A stretch of DNA of 64,000 nucleotides, taken from Podarcis tiliguerta. Lineage: Eukaryota. The position numbers were made by a program, and so were the translations under genes. Below are positions 53,374 to 64,000 of this stretch, piece by piece. The notes under the pieces were generated by a model. It saw only the letters and a list, made by a program, of their open reading frames with translations, was not told the origin of the DNA and searched no databases. Positions within the stretch are counted from its first letter, which is position 1; each line of letters begins with the position of its first letter. The stretch is taken from assembly GCA_965153285.1 (NCBI GenBank), contig OZ229129.1; one strand, written 5' to 3'.

Positions 53374-53925
53374 TATCTGCCATGGAGGGGTTGCTGAACA
53401 TTATACCCCAGGTGTGTCTCTCATTGCCCCTCTCATATCTTCAGCAAACTTGGGTCCAAAACAGCAGCCAGTCATGGCTCGTGGTCTCCTGGTGCAGCCT
53501 CCTCCAGCCAGTGCCAAAGTGGTTCTGACCTCTACACACACCCACACCCTCCACATAAAATTCTGGCCTTCCCATCAGCTCATGGAGAACTAGCCTTTGC
53601 TCTCCTTCCTGGCACACCTCTTGCCAAAACCCCAAGCCTCCTGTGAAATTATACTTTTCCCTGTCACTCCTGTTTTGCACAGACCTGAGAACCTTCTTTG
53701 ATGTATAGTACCTGGCCACTGTTTCATAATGGTTTGCATTCAACCAGCCAGGCCAGACTGGTTTGCATAAGCTGGCCCATGGATTCCTTTTCTGACACAG
53801 TTCTGTAGCCTGCATTTCCCATTCCTATCCCAGACATTAGCTGGATTAATTAATTTATTGGGTTTAGGCGGGGGTCTTCCCCTGACCAAACTCTTAACAA
53901 TATTCATTCAGCCATCTTATTGGGA

Positions 53926-54285
53926 GGGCTGTAGCTTAGTAGAAGAGCATCACCATTTTGCATGTAGGAAGCCCCAGGTTCAGTCCCCGGGACCTCAGGT
54001 AGGGCTGGGAGACACCTCTGCCTAAAATTCTGGATTGCTGCTGCCGATCAGTACTTTGGCTAAAGCAGGTATCCTGTGTTCCTGGAAAGCGCCATAGCTC
54101 AGTGGTAGAGCATCTGCTTTGCATGTGGAAGGTGCCAGGTTCAATCTCCAATGGCATCTCCAGGTAGAGCTGAGAGACCCCCCCCCCCAAGCGAGGCTCT
54201 GAAGAGCTTCTGCTGGTCAGAGTAGACAAGGCAAGCTAGATAAACCAATTATCTGGCTTGGACTAGGGCAGCTTCTGATGTTCCT
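53926..54285 (+). mobile_element. Two adjacent tRNA-derived SINE copies
   Basis: Two heads of the type (c)TAGCTCAGTGGTAGAGCATCTGCTTTGCATG...CCAGGTTCAATC, each followed by a non-tRNA body. Related copies at about 6890, 40835 and 44685. Confidence 0.7.
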
Positions 54286-54448
54286 CTGGCTGCAGCTCAG
54301 ACAATGCCTATTAAAAGCATAGCTACAGGCGCTTGTGCAAAACCTGATAACCTTATCTGCCCACCACCCCAAAAATGATGTCTGGTTTTATTTACTGAAA
54401 ATATTTGGGATCGCCTCTTGTCTTCATTCTTGAGATGTTTAGACTCAC

Positions 54449-54511
54449 CTTTACTTCATGCTTTGCTGTATGTGCAAAAGTTGGCAAAAATTATCAGATT
54501 CCTGGCACTTT
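54449..54511 (-). other. Candidate non-coding 5' exon of the TOR1AIP-like gene
   Basis: Acceptor ttttatgttccttgcaaatctag and strong donor AG/GTGAGT. The 63 nt have stops in all three frames. Confidence 0.35.
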
Positions 54512-55586
54512 CTAGATTTGCAAGGAACATAAAATGGTTTGTTCCCCACCACCTCTCCCCCCAAAAAGTTATTATAGAACCAAGGAGAACAAGTCTTGAA
54601 AAGGAGCAAATACTTACCACCTTTTCCACATACAAATGGGGTACACTCCACTCCCCCATGAAAAGGTTCCCTTGTTGCATTTCAAGTTGCCCACTGCTCT
54701 TTCAACTTGGCACCACCAACTTCCCCGCAGACACCTCTCATCTGCATACAGGTAGATGTTATCACAGGTATGCAACTAACAGAAGATCTCCTCCCTCCAA
54801 GGCACAGTTTTCCCCAGGTCCTAAAGCTAGTATGTCTTAGTTCTGGGCGTAGCACATAATGAGTGCATACAAGCCAGGGCTTAATTCATTTGTATAGGTT
54901 CTGCAGAGAAGTCACACCTGGCTTGATCTCATCCCAGCAACATCAGAAGCTGCCTTAGAGTAATTCAGGCCTATTGTTCCATCTAGATCCACACTGATTA
55001 GCAGAGATTCTCCTGGGTTTTGAGCAGGAATCTCTTTTATCCCGACCTGGAGATGCTGAGGATTTAACCTAGCACCTTTTCAAATGTGAGACATGTACTC
55101 TGTTACTAAGATACATGCAACCGAATACACTACAGCCCCTATTTTAAGTCCCTGCATGCAACCTATTATACACTGTGTGTGTCCCCCACTACTGTGCTCC
55201 AGTGCAAAAAAATTAAATGTGTTATAAACAAAAAATAAGGGCATGAAACATTTCCCACCATGACAACAAAGCCTCCTGCATATACAATATATGATGCTGC
55301 CATTTAGAAAAGAGGAACCAGCAATCCTAATGGCAAATTCCTGCTGCTCTGTGGATTGAGAGATGCACTCTGGACATGCTCAAAAACCTCCCTCCACCAA
55401 TTGTTACTAACAGGTATGGATCCCCCCCCTCCATTTTAAGTCTCCCTTTCCACATTGGTTTGCGATTTATTTATTTTTAAGTTCTCCTGGAAATTCAGCA
55501 GCCTTTTGATGTAAATTATTCCTAATATAAACAGTTTGCTATGCAATTTTGCCTGATACACACATTTTTGCAAAGGAATTTCCCCA

Positions 55587-56994
55587 TGATACGGAACGGG
55601 GGGGGGCATGTCTTCTTCACCCCTTCCGCCGGTCACCAGAGGGTCTGAGGTGATAACCTCTAGGGCACCCAGCCCCATATGGACCCCTCAGCCCCCACAC
55701 TGTTACACAAGCACCACACTTAACTCCGAACCCCATAAATAAAAGTGCCTTTCTCCTTTCCCTACGTCCATTCGCTAGAATAAATAGACCGGGCGAAAAT
55801 AAGCCCAAACCGCCTTATGTCTCCCTTTCGCTATACCCGCTGTATTGTTTCCATTAGTAGACCGTGTACAGTGGTGCCTCGCAAGACAAAATTAATTCAT
55901 TCTGAGAGTTTTTTCGTCTTGTGAATTTTTCGTCTTGCGAAGCACGGTTTCCCATAGGAAATGCATTGACGGTTTCCCATAGGAATGCATTGAAAAAGGC
56001 GCAAGACGTTTTCGTCTTGCGAAGCAAGCCCATAGGGAAATTCGTCTTGCGAAGCAACTCAAAAAACTCTTTCGTCTTGCGAGTTTTTCGTCTTGCGAGG
56101 CATTAGTCTTGCGAGGTACCACTGTATACAGACATTTTGTATCTCTTTAATGGGTGCGTTCTACCCAACCAGAACCATGCATTCGCTTTGCAGAGCTAGC
56201 TCAGCGAGCTCCTGCACGCCTCATTTAACCTCTTGACAACTGCTGACGGCTCCCCGCTGGGAGAACAATGGAACTGAAACTTCTGAACTCATAAAAGTGT
56301 CAAATCTTGCTACAATATATCTATTTTGTTTCCGACTTCAATTACCAATATAAAATGGACCCCCCCAAAAAGACTACAAATCTTTAGAAATTCGTATAAA
56401 ATCAACCACAACTCCGATTTCCTTGCTTTTGGTGCCGATCGGCTCAGTCTCTTCAGGACTCCATGACACCTCCCCTGCCTCCATGATCCCTCGAGTGAGG
56501 TGCCACGTACTCAGGAAGACCCTAATCCGGTCAAATCGCTCTGCCAAGCCTTTCCTCCGGAAATGCCAGGTGGCAGACTATGCATACATGGACCATTGTC
56601 TTCTCATCACCGGTACTCAGGATGTGCTTATCTGTGCACATCTCCAGCTCTGCATATTCCCCCTCCGTCCTCCATATGTTAATCCGGTGTAACCCAACCT
56701 CTTCCTAATGTATTCGTGATGTAATCTGTGTAACCCAACCTCTCCTTAATGTATTCATTATGTAACTATGATGTATTTTGCATTGTACCCTGGGACATGG
56801 AGGGAAGTTTCAAAAGTTCATGTCACCCCTTTCTCGCTGTTCAATCTCGCCTTGAACCTGTTGCGCAATAAACTTGGATCTTCTGCATCTTGCTCCTGTC
56901 TCCGGCTGAGCTCATTTTCCTCCGAAGGGACCCGCGGACTTAGTCCGACAAGCTGGGTGGCAGAGCAGCCTCGCACCCAGATTTTACTGTAACA
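55587..56994. mobile_element. Solo LTR or short LTR element (about 1.4 kb) with nested MITE (55869-56124)
   Basis: TGATACGG...CTGTAACA ends (TG...CA), 5-bp TSD CCCCA, CpG-rich interior, tandem TGTAACCCAACCTC repeats at about 56688 and 56729, AATAAA at about 56867. Confidence 0.75.
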
Positions 56995-59367
56995 CCCCAA
57001 CATCTTTGTATCATGTTCCCATTAATATAGACATCTTTATGCACACTTCAAGCCAATATATAGAATTCTGTACACAATACATGACTGGAGATCTGGCTTG
57101 CAAAATTCTGAGAAGGGAGGCTGCGTTTCAATCTGCACATGGTTTTGGAAAGTTCAAATCAGATAGATTCGTCTTTAAATGTGAGCAGAAACTAACTTCT
57201 CCCCCAGCCCTAGACACAGGTTATGCTGGCTGAGGGAGATGGGAACTGTAGTCCATCAACTACAGGCCACAGGTTTCCCATGCCTTTGTGTTAAAGCCCC
57301 CCCCCCCAATTGCAGTGGATAAGATTCAAAGACATCACAGTAGCTGAACTATTATAATTATTTATATTTATTAAATTTGCATACCACCCTTCACCCGAAG
57401 ATCACAGGGCGGTTCACATAATAAAAGCAAGAACAAAAAACAAACAAACGAGCCAATAACCCCTTTCAACCAAACACATTTAAAAGAACATGGAATGTTA
57501 ATCAGCCCGGCTAAAAAGAAAGCCTTTTGCCTGGTGCCTAAAAGTATGTAGTGAAGCCGCCAGGCAAGCCACACAAATTAGCAAAGGTTTGGCAAGTCCT
57601 AACCAGTAACTATGCAATAATGTTTGCGCTGCTTCTTTTGGAAAGCAAAAGCAAGCTGGCTGTTTCCACTGAAAGTGGAGATTCCCAGAATGAACCACCC
57701 TTAAGGGTGCCGTATGCCCTGTTTTAAGTCAATCGCCTGCAACACCTGCACACCAAGCAAAAATTCAACAGGTTGAGCTATTTCCATGGAGAGGTGGGGG
57801 AAACGCAGCCTGTGGTTTCCCCCACTTCCAGCACACAGCGGTTCAGGAAGACCCAGTGCTTTTGGCCAGTTAAAAATATAGCACAAGAGTAAAGCTTGTA
57901 AGAAAAAGTTGGCTGTTCTAATGCCCCTGAGACTTCTTAGTCTCTCACATACACATGGCTTGCTGTTTTCATGTGGTGTGATCCCATGTGGCTGCAGTGT
58001 ATCTGTGAGGAATGGAGAACCTCAGTTTCCCTGTGTATAGCTGTTGAACTCCAGTTCCCATTAGCCCCAGCCAGTATAGCTGAAGATCAGGGATGATGGG
58101 AACTGGAGCCCACCAACATCTGGAGGGCCACAGGTCTCCCAAACCCAGGAAGATATAGATGCTGCAGTCAAATGGCTGGGCTGATCCTGTGGACAGCTTT
58201 CACCCCCCTTCAAGGCCTTGTGGCAATTGAGTGGGGGAGACCACCAGTGGGTTAGTAAAAAACAGATACACCACCTACTGAATGAAAGCCTGTTGTGCTG
58301 TAGGGCCAACCCAATAGCAGATATGGAATAGGTCCTACATTTCCACTATTAAAAAAGCGTTGGGTTGTATTCAATACTAGTCCTACACAGAGTGGACCCA
58401 CTTAAAATTATGGGCATAAAATACTTGTGGAACAAACTGGGTTCAGACCTATGTCAAGCTTTGCTCATTCACAATGAACCTTAGGAGAGACTTCCTAACA
58501 GAAGGAGCTGCTTGACAGTAGAATAGACCTTCCTTGGGAAGGGTCATGGGCTCTTCTTTGGCGAAATTGTTTAGGCAGCATCTGGGTGGGAATCTTTAAG
58601 GGGTCTTGGACTTGGGAAAATTCCTGTCAGGGATCCAGCATGTCATAAGATTTTTGCCACAGATACTGGAATGCCCATAGGTTAGGGTAGAACAGGGTGG
58701 GTGGGTGGAACTGAGGGAAGATGGTGGGAGGGGCTTAGCTGCAGGGTGCAGCCTCCCCCAGTTGACCTTGGGAGAGAGACCTATTGGGGATAGAGAAGAC
58801 AAACACTGCATACACAGCATGCATCACATCCCCCCACCATTGTTATGGCTGCTGGGAATTAGTTGCTCTGTGAGGAGTCAACTGGAATTGCCAGGATCCT
58901 TTGGAGATGTGTGTTTTAAATGTATGGCATGCACACAGCCCAAGGGAGCTAGATTCTCTTCTAATATAACAAGGATAATGGCAATAATAATGGTTTTATT
59001 ATTTGTATCCCACCCATCTGATTTGCCTATCTTTGTCACCCAGCTCAAGCATGATATCTCCTCTGTTATCTTATTTCTACACCCTGTTTGCTCATCCTCC
59101 CTGACTTCCTCTTTTTGGTCTGCTGCTAGACCAACCAGAACAGAGATTTCCTCCCCAATAGCACACTTCGTTTGGTGTTTCTTCTACAGTTGCTATTATT
59201 TTTGCCTTTTCTGCTTTTTCCTTGCCCATTTGGGGAAGGAAGGTTTGCTGGAAGGCAAACAGCATCTCCTGGTGCAGAGGGAGTGGGAACAACTGGGCAA
59301 ACAGCTCTGTGCCCCCCAGCTGCATCTCCATCTCTCTCTGAGAGGGAAAGGCACACCTTGAGCCACC

Positions 59368-61163
59368 CTGGATCCCCGCATCAAAGAGCCGCTCCTCTGC
59401 AAGGAGCCTAGAGAAGATTATCAAAGCTTGAAGGAGAAAGATGCTCAGCAGGCGGAACAAGAATATTACAGGTAAAGTTTCTGCCTCTCTTAAGACAGCT
59501 CTGCTAATTTCATCTCCCTTTTTTCCCTTCCCATGCTTAGAGGCACACCTTTCTTGCTTATAACTCTTCCCCCTTAAATCCCACTTTCCTGGAATACTTT
59601 TGGCTTAAGATGCTAGTCCTCATCCCACACCAGATCCACACCATACTTTTAAAGCATATTTAACGCATGTTTAAAGCACATGGCTCACCCTCCCCCAAAG
59701 AATCCTGGGTACTGTAGTTTGTAAGGGTGTTGGGAAATGTGCCTCTGTGGAGGGAAAACTACAGGTCCCAGGATTCTTGGTGGTGGTGGCTAGGGAGCTG
59801 ACAGTTTAGCTTACGGTTCCTGTACAAAACATCATGTACTTTGATAAAGTGTTGTTTGTGTTTCTGTGATCCAGGAGTGGGAGAAAACATTTTCAGCCTG
59901 AGGCAAGGCATTCAGTTCTGGCAAGGGTTACATGCCAGCGATGGCCACATTTGCCAGAGGGAAAAGTGGGTGAAGTAACACATGTAAAGCAAGAAGCATG
60001 ATAATATTGCAGATATTAATATTGTGCAGCTTGAAGCAATTGTATGCATTAAAACTAACTCCTCTTGGAATAAAACGCTGCCCCGACCCATAAGTATTGT
60101 TCAAAGCTTTACTAACCAGATCTTCTTTCAAAACAGGTACAAAAACATTAATGATACATCCAAAACAATTCCTTACAGTCATGTGCATGTCCCAACACAG
60201 GTTGGGCTTCTTATAAAATATGAAACCAAGGGTCTGTCTCTCCACAACCTCCATTACAGCCTGGAGCTGTTTTCCCTTTAGGAGAGACCTCATTATCACA
60301 TCCTTTGTTATTGGCTGCTTGAGAACTCAACTCACACAAAACAGAGACCCCCGCAGATTAACATATGCATAAAAGATCAGTCTATCTCTTTCATGTGATC
60401 TAAGTCAGTCACGAGACAAACCAGAAGACATCAACAGTTAATCATCAACCTGCTAGAGAGCAGAAAGCTCCTGTTGCTCTTCTTTAGTTTCGGAAATTTC
60501 CAGTTCAACCCTTAGTAATATACATAGAGGCATTCACCATTTCAGTGTCAATTAAACAAGTATACTTAACACATAAGAGTTCAAGGACACATTTCAGTCA
60601 AGAAAAAGCACTAAAAGAGGGTGTGGATTAGGAGCCATGCGAGGCCTGGAGAAAGTTCAGGGGGCCATACAGAGAGACTTGGAGGGTTGCATTCAGCCTG
60701 CATGGAGGGCAGGTGCATGGAGTTTAGGATGATAAGATGGAGCTGCAAAAGAGGAAGGCTCCACTCAATGATAGAACCAGTACCTGGCAACCCTGGGCAA
60801 GTTGCTAGGAGCCTGACAGCCTGGCAGGGGCATGCTGCCAATGGCTGCCTTGGCCACCCAATTTTGACCTATTCCAGCCGGGCTCTTCCTATGTTCCACC
60901 AAACTCATAAAAATACAGGAACCCTCTTGCCATCAACATCCGTGATGGACCACATTGGTCATTCCATAATTGTTCTCTTCTCTCTCCCTTTCCTTTCCAG
61001 GACTCTTAAAAACCATCGGCTCTTCCTTGCCACCTTCGCTGCTGTGCTTGGGAACTTTAGTTTTGGTTTTGCTTTAGTCTACACCTCCCCGGTGATCCCT
61101 GCTTTGGAAAAATCTCTGGTCCACAACTTAAGACTAACAGAGGCAACGGCATCCTGGTTTGGG
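59368..61163 (+). CDS. SLC2A6: GLUT6-like facilitated hexose transporter, coding exons 1-2 (gene continues past the window end); apparent CUG start
   Basis: Exon 59368-59471 ((L/M)DPRIKEPLLCKEPREDYQSLKEKDAQQAEQEYYR, with the N-terminal EPLL dileucine; donor GTAAAG) joins exon 61001-61163 (TLKNHRLFLATFAAVLGNFSFGFALVYTSPVIPALEKS...ASWFG) in phase 2. The window ends in a pyrimidine tract (ttcctttctttctcttaaca) that is probably the exon 3 acceptor. Ortholog versus paralog is unresolved. Confidence 0.88.
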
Positions 61164-62309
61164 GTAAGACTGGCAAGCAAGCAGGAAAGGCGGGAGAAAT
61201 AGACCTGAGAGGTGCATGCCATCGGTTGGATTGCAGTGCTCCCAAGGGGTGCCAGGTCTGAAAATATGACCCAAAGCTGCAGGTCTCTTTCTCTGGGTCT
61301 CCATGGGAAATATTAAAATTTAAGACTGGTGGGGTGGTCTAGTTTCTGCTTGGGAACTTTTGCTACTAGCCAGGGCTGGTCCACCTATGAAGCAGTATCC
61401 AAAAGGGTGGAAGGACCCAGAAGGGAAACAGATCCATCCATCCAATAAATTTATTGCTTCTACCCAGTGACAGAAGTGACAGCTGCAGCATGCTTCTTGG
61501 AGGCCAGATCTGCCACTTCCTTGGCAGCACCCCCATGCCACTTCTACAGCGGCCTTTTGCTAAACAGGAAGTGCTGATATTCTCCTCCCCCCCTTGTTCC
61601 CAAAGAATGTCCTTATTCCCTCCTCCCCCCCATCCTGATGTAGATCTTCACTCACTCCTTCCAGGGATGGTGATGGGGTGTGTGTGCCTTTTTGTGGTTT
61701 GGCTCAAGTGCCAAAATGTATTGGGCCAGCCCTGCTGCTAGCACCCATTCCATGATGACCAAGCCCCATCCCATCCTGGTAGGCTCCACCCCCTGGCCTA
61801 TATGCCATCACTTGAGCCTCAGGAGACCCAGCAGCCCTGGGCTCAACCAAAAGATTGTTGGCCCCCAGAATCTGCTTTAACCTTTGCAATGGAAGAATCC
61901 AAGCTGAGTGAAGGGGTGAGGCTGAAGCAAGGATATGCCTTCTATTTCTGGGCAAGTTGCTGTATCTTGGATTAGTCGACTCTACCTCGCTTGCAGGGTT
62001 GTTGAGAGGGCATGATTGCATTTTTCAAATCCCTAAGGGGACAAAACGGTTCTCTGCTTCTCCAGAGGGCAGAAGTGGATCTCATAGGCTTCAGTTACAG
62101 GAGGGTAGCTTTAGATGGAACGTTAGGGAAATTATTTTGTCAGTAAGAGAGGTTTAGCAACGAACCAATTACCAAGAGGAGGAGTAGACTCCTCTGCTTT
62201 GGAAGTCTTCAACTGGAACCTGATGAGCCCTGGAGATGTTCTTGCTCTTAAGTTTTCTTCTATGACCTCGTGGTTGGATTAGCATAGGGGGTGGGGAACC
62301 TTTTTTCAA

Positions 62310-62755
62310 AGATCTACACTGGCTCCCAGTACGTTTCCGAGCACAATTCAAAGTGTTGGTGCTGACCTTTAAAGACCTAAACGGCCTCGGTCCAGTATAC
62401 CTGAAGGAGCGTCTCCACCCCCATCGTTCTGCCCAGACACTGAGGTCCAACTCCGAGGGCCTTCTGGTGGTTCCCTCGCTGTGAGAAACCAAGGTACAGG
62501 GAACCAGGCAGAGGGCCTTCTTGGTAGTGGCACCTGCCCTGTGGAACACCCTCCCACCAGATGTCAAAGAGAAAAACAACTACCGGACTTTTAGAAGACA
62601 TCTGAAGGCAGCCCTGTTTAGGGAAGCTTTTAATGTTTAATAGACTATTGTATTTTAATATTCTGTTGGAAGCCGCCCAGAGTGGCTGGGGAAACCCAGC
62701 CAGATGGGCAGGGTAATAATATTATTATTATTATTATTATTAATAATAATAACAA
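62310..62755 (+). mobile_element. L2-like LINE 3' end with (TAT/TAA)n tail in SLC2A6 intron 2
   Basis: Peptide LHWLPVRFRAQFKVLVLTFKDLNGLGPVYLKERL...RAFLVVAPALWNTLP, a typical L2 ORF2 C-terminus. Confidence 0.85.
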
Positions 62756-62904
62756 TCAAGGGCCACATTCCCTCCTGGATAACTTTCGAAGGGCTGCATA
62801 GCAGTTGTGGGAGGGGCTAGAGGCAAAAGTGGGTGGAACTTCAATGCAAATGCTAATATTAATAACTACACGACTTTTAGAAGACATCTGAAGGCAATCC
62901 TGTA

Positions 62905-63136
62905 CAATGGTACCTCGGGATGTGAACGGGATCCGTTCCGGAGCCCCGTTCGCATCCTGAATGGAACGTAAGACGTGATGGCACGTCTGCGTGTGCGTGG
63001 GTTGTGTTTCGCCGCTTCCGTGCATGCGCATGATGTCATTTTGAGTGCCTGCGCATGCTCGAGTTACTTCTGGGTTGCCGCAGAGCACAACCCGAACGCG
63101 CTCAACCTGAAGCACATTCAACTCGAGGTATAACTG
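62905..63136. mobile_element. Tigger-like MITE
   Basis: TA|CAATGGTACCTCGG...CGAGGTATAACTG|TA. Confidence 0.75.
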
Positions 63137-64000
63137 TATAGGGAAGCTTTTAATGGTTGATGTTTTTCTGTGGTTTTATATAGTGTTGCAAGCCGCTCAG
63201 AGTGGGCGGGGTGAATGAATGAATGAATGAATATACCTGCAGGTCTCAGGGCAGTTACAACATAAAACTACAATGTAAAAACAGGGAATAAATAATTAAA
63301 ACAAAAACAATCCAATAGTCCCCTCCTCCCCAACACATTTTAAAAGGCCAGTGGATGTCAATCAGCCAAAGGCTTGGGTTAAAGAGGAATTTTTTTGCCT
63401 GGTGCCTAAAGGTGTATAATGAAGGCACCAGATGAACCTCCCTGGGGAAAGCATTCCACACATAGGGAGCTGCTGCCAAAAAGGCCTGTTCTCGTGTTGC
63501 CATCCTCCGGATCTCTCATGGAGAAGGCACACAAAGGACCTCAGAAGATGATCTCAGGGTCCAAGTTGCTTCATATGGAAAGAGGCAATTCCTTGAAGTA
63601 TTTTGCCTTCATCCAGCTCATTTCAACCACTCAAGGAGTATGCAAAGCAGGGCTGGTGAGGGTTGTGGCCTGGGAAGATTTTCCAGGGACCTGAATTAGA
63701 AGATGGCCTACAAGACCTCTAGGATTCTGCAAAATTAAACAAGTGTATTTTGCAGAGATGATTAGGCCTAAGAAATTTAATCTGGGGAGCGATCTGCAAA
63801 TCCATCAGATTAGTCAACGGATGATAATTTTAACCAGTAGGGCAGAGAGATAAATACATCCACTGGGTGCTGCTGCTTTGGCTTCAGTGTGTTGCTCTAG
63901 CAGAGGAGGCTGTGTTAAAAGTGGCCTTCCTGTCTGACAATGTGGGAGTTTTTTGTTAATTAAACCATAATGTCACATGTTTCCTTTCTTTCTCTTAACA

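Noticed and set aside
53926-54160. tRNA-like sequences with A/B boxes
   Set aside because: They continue into SINE bodies and lack a complete cloverleaf, so they are tRNA-derived SINE heads rather than tRNA genes.
58705-59361. 218-aa ORF ending just before the SLC2A6 CUG
   Set aside because: Non-ATG start, low-complexity sequence and no homology; treated as a chance ORF over the promoter/5'UTR.

Overview
Vertebrate (squamate, probably lacertid-type lizard) genomic DNA, judged from Sauria SINEs, Bov-B/RTE, CR1, L1 and L2 fragments and many MITEs. Genes, with splice phases checked by hand: SLC31A1/CTR1 (+, 4 coding exons, 192 aa); an intronless BANF1 retrocopy with a 15-bp TSD and an open ORF; CDC26 (-) head-to-head with PRPF4 (+, 14 exons, 520 aa) across a CpG-island promoter; RNF183 (-); and the first two coding exons of an SLC2A6/GLUT6-like gene (+). 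Top finding: a divergent LAP1/LULL1 (TOR1AIP)-family type II membrane protein gene (-, 49557-51269). It keeps the luminal fold motifs and the cysteine pair, but has an N-G-S glycosylation sequon exactly where LAP1/LULL1 carry the Torsin-activating arginine finger, so it is a candidate non-activating or decoy Torsin cofactor. Second finding: the SLC2A6-like gene appears to start at CUG in a perfect GCCACC-CUG-G Kozak context with no in-frame AUG. All homology calls rest on sequences recalled from memory; no searches were run.
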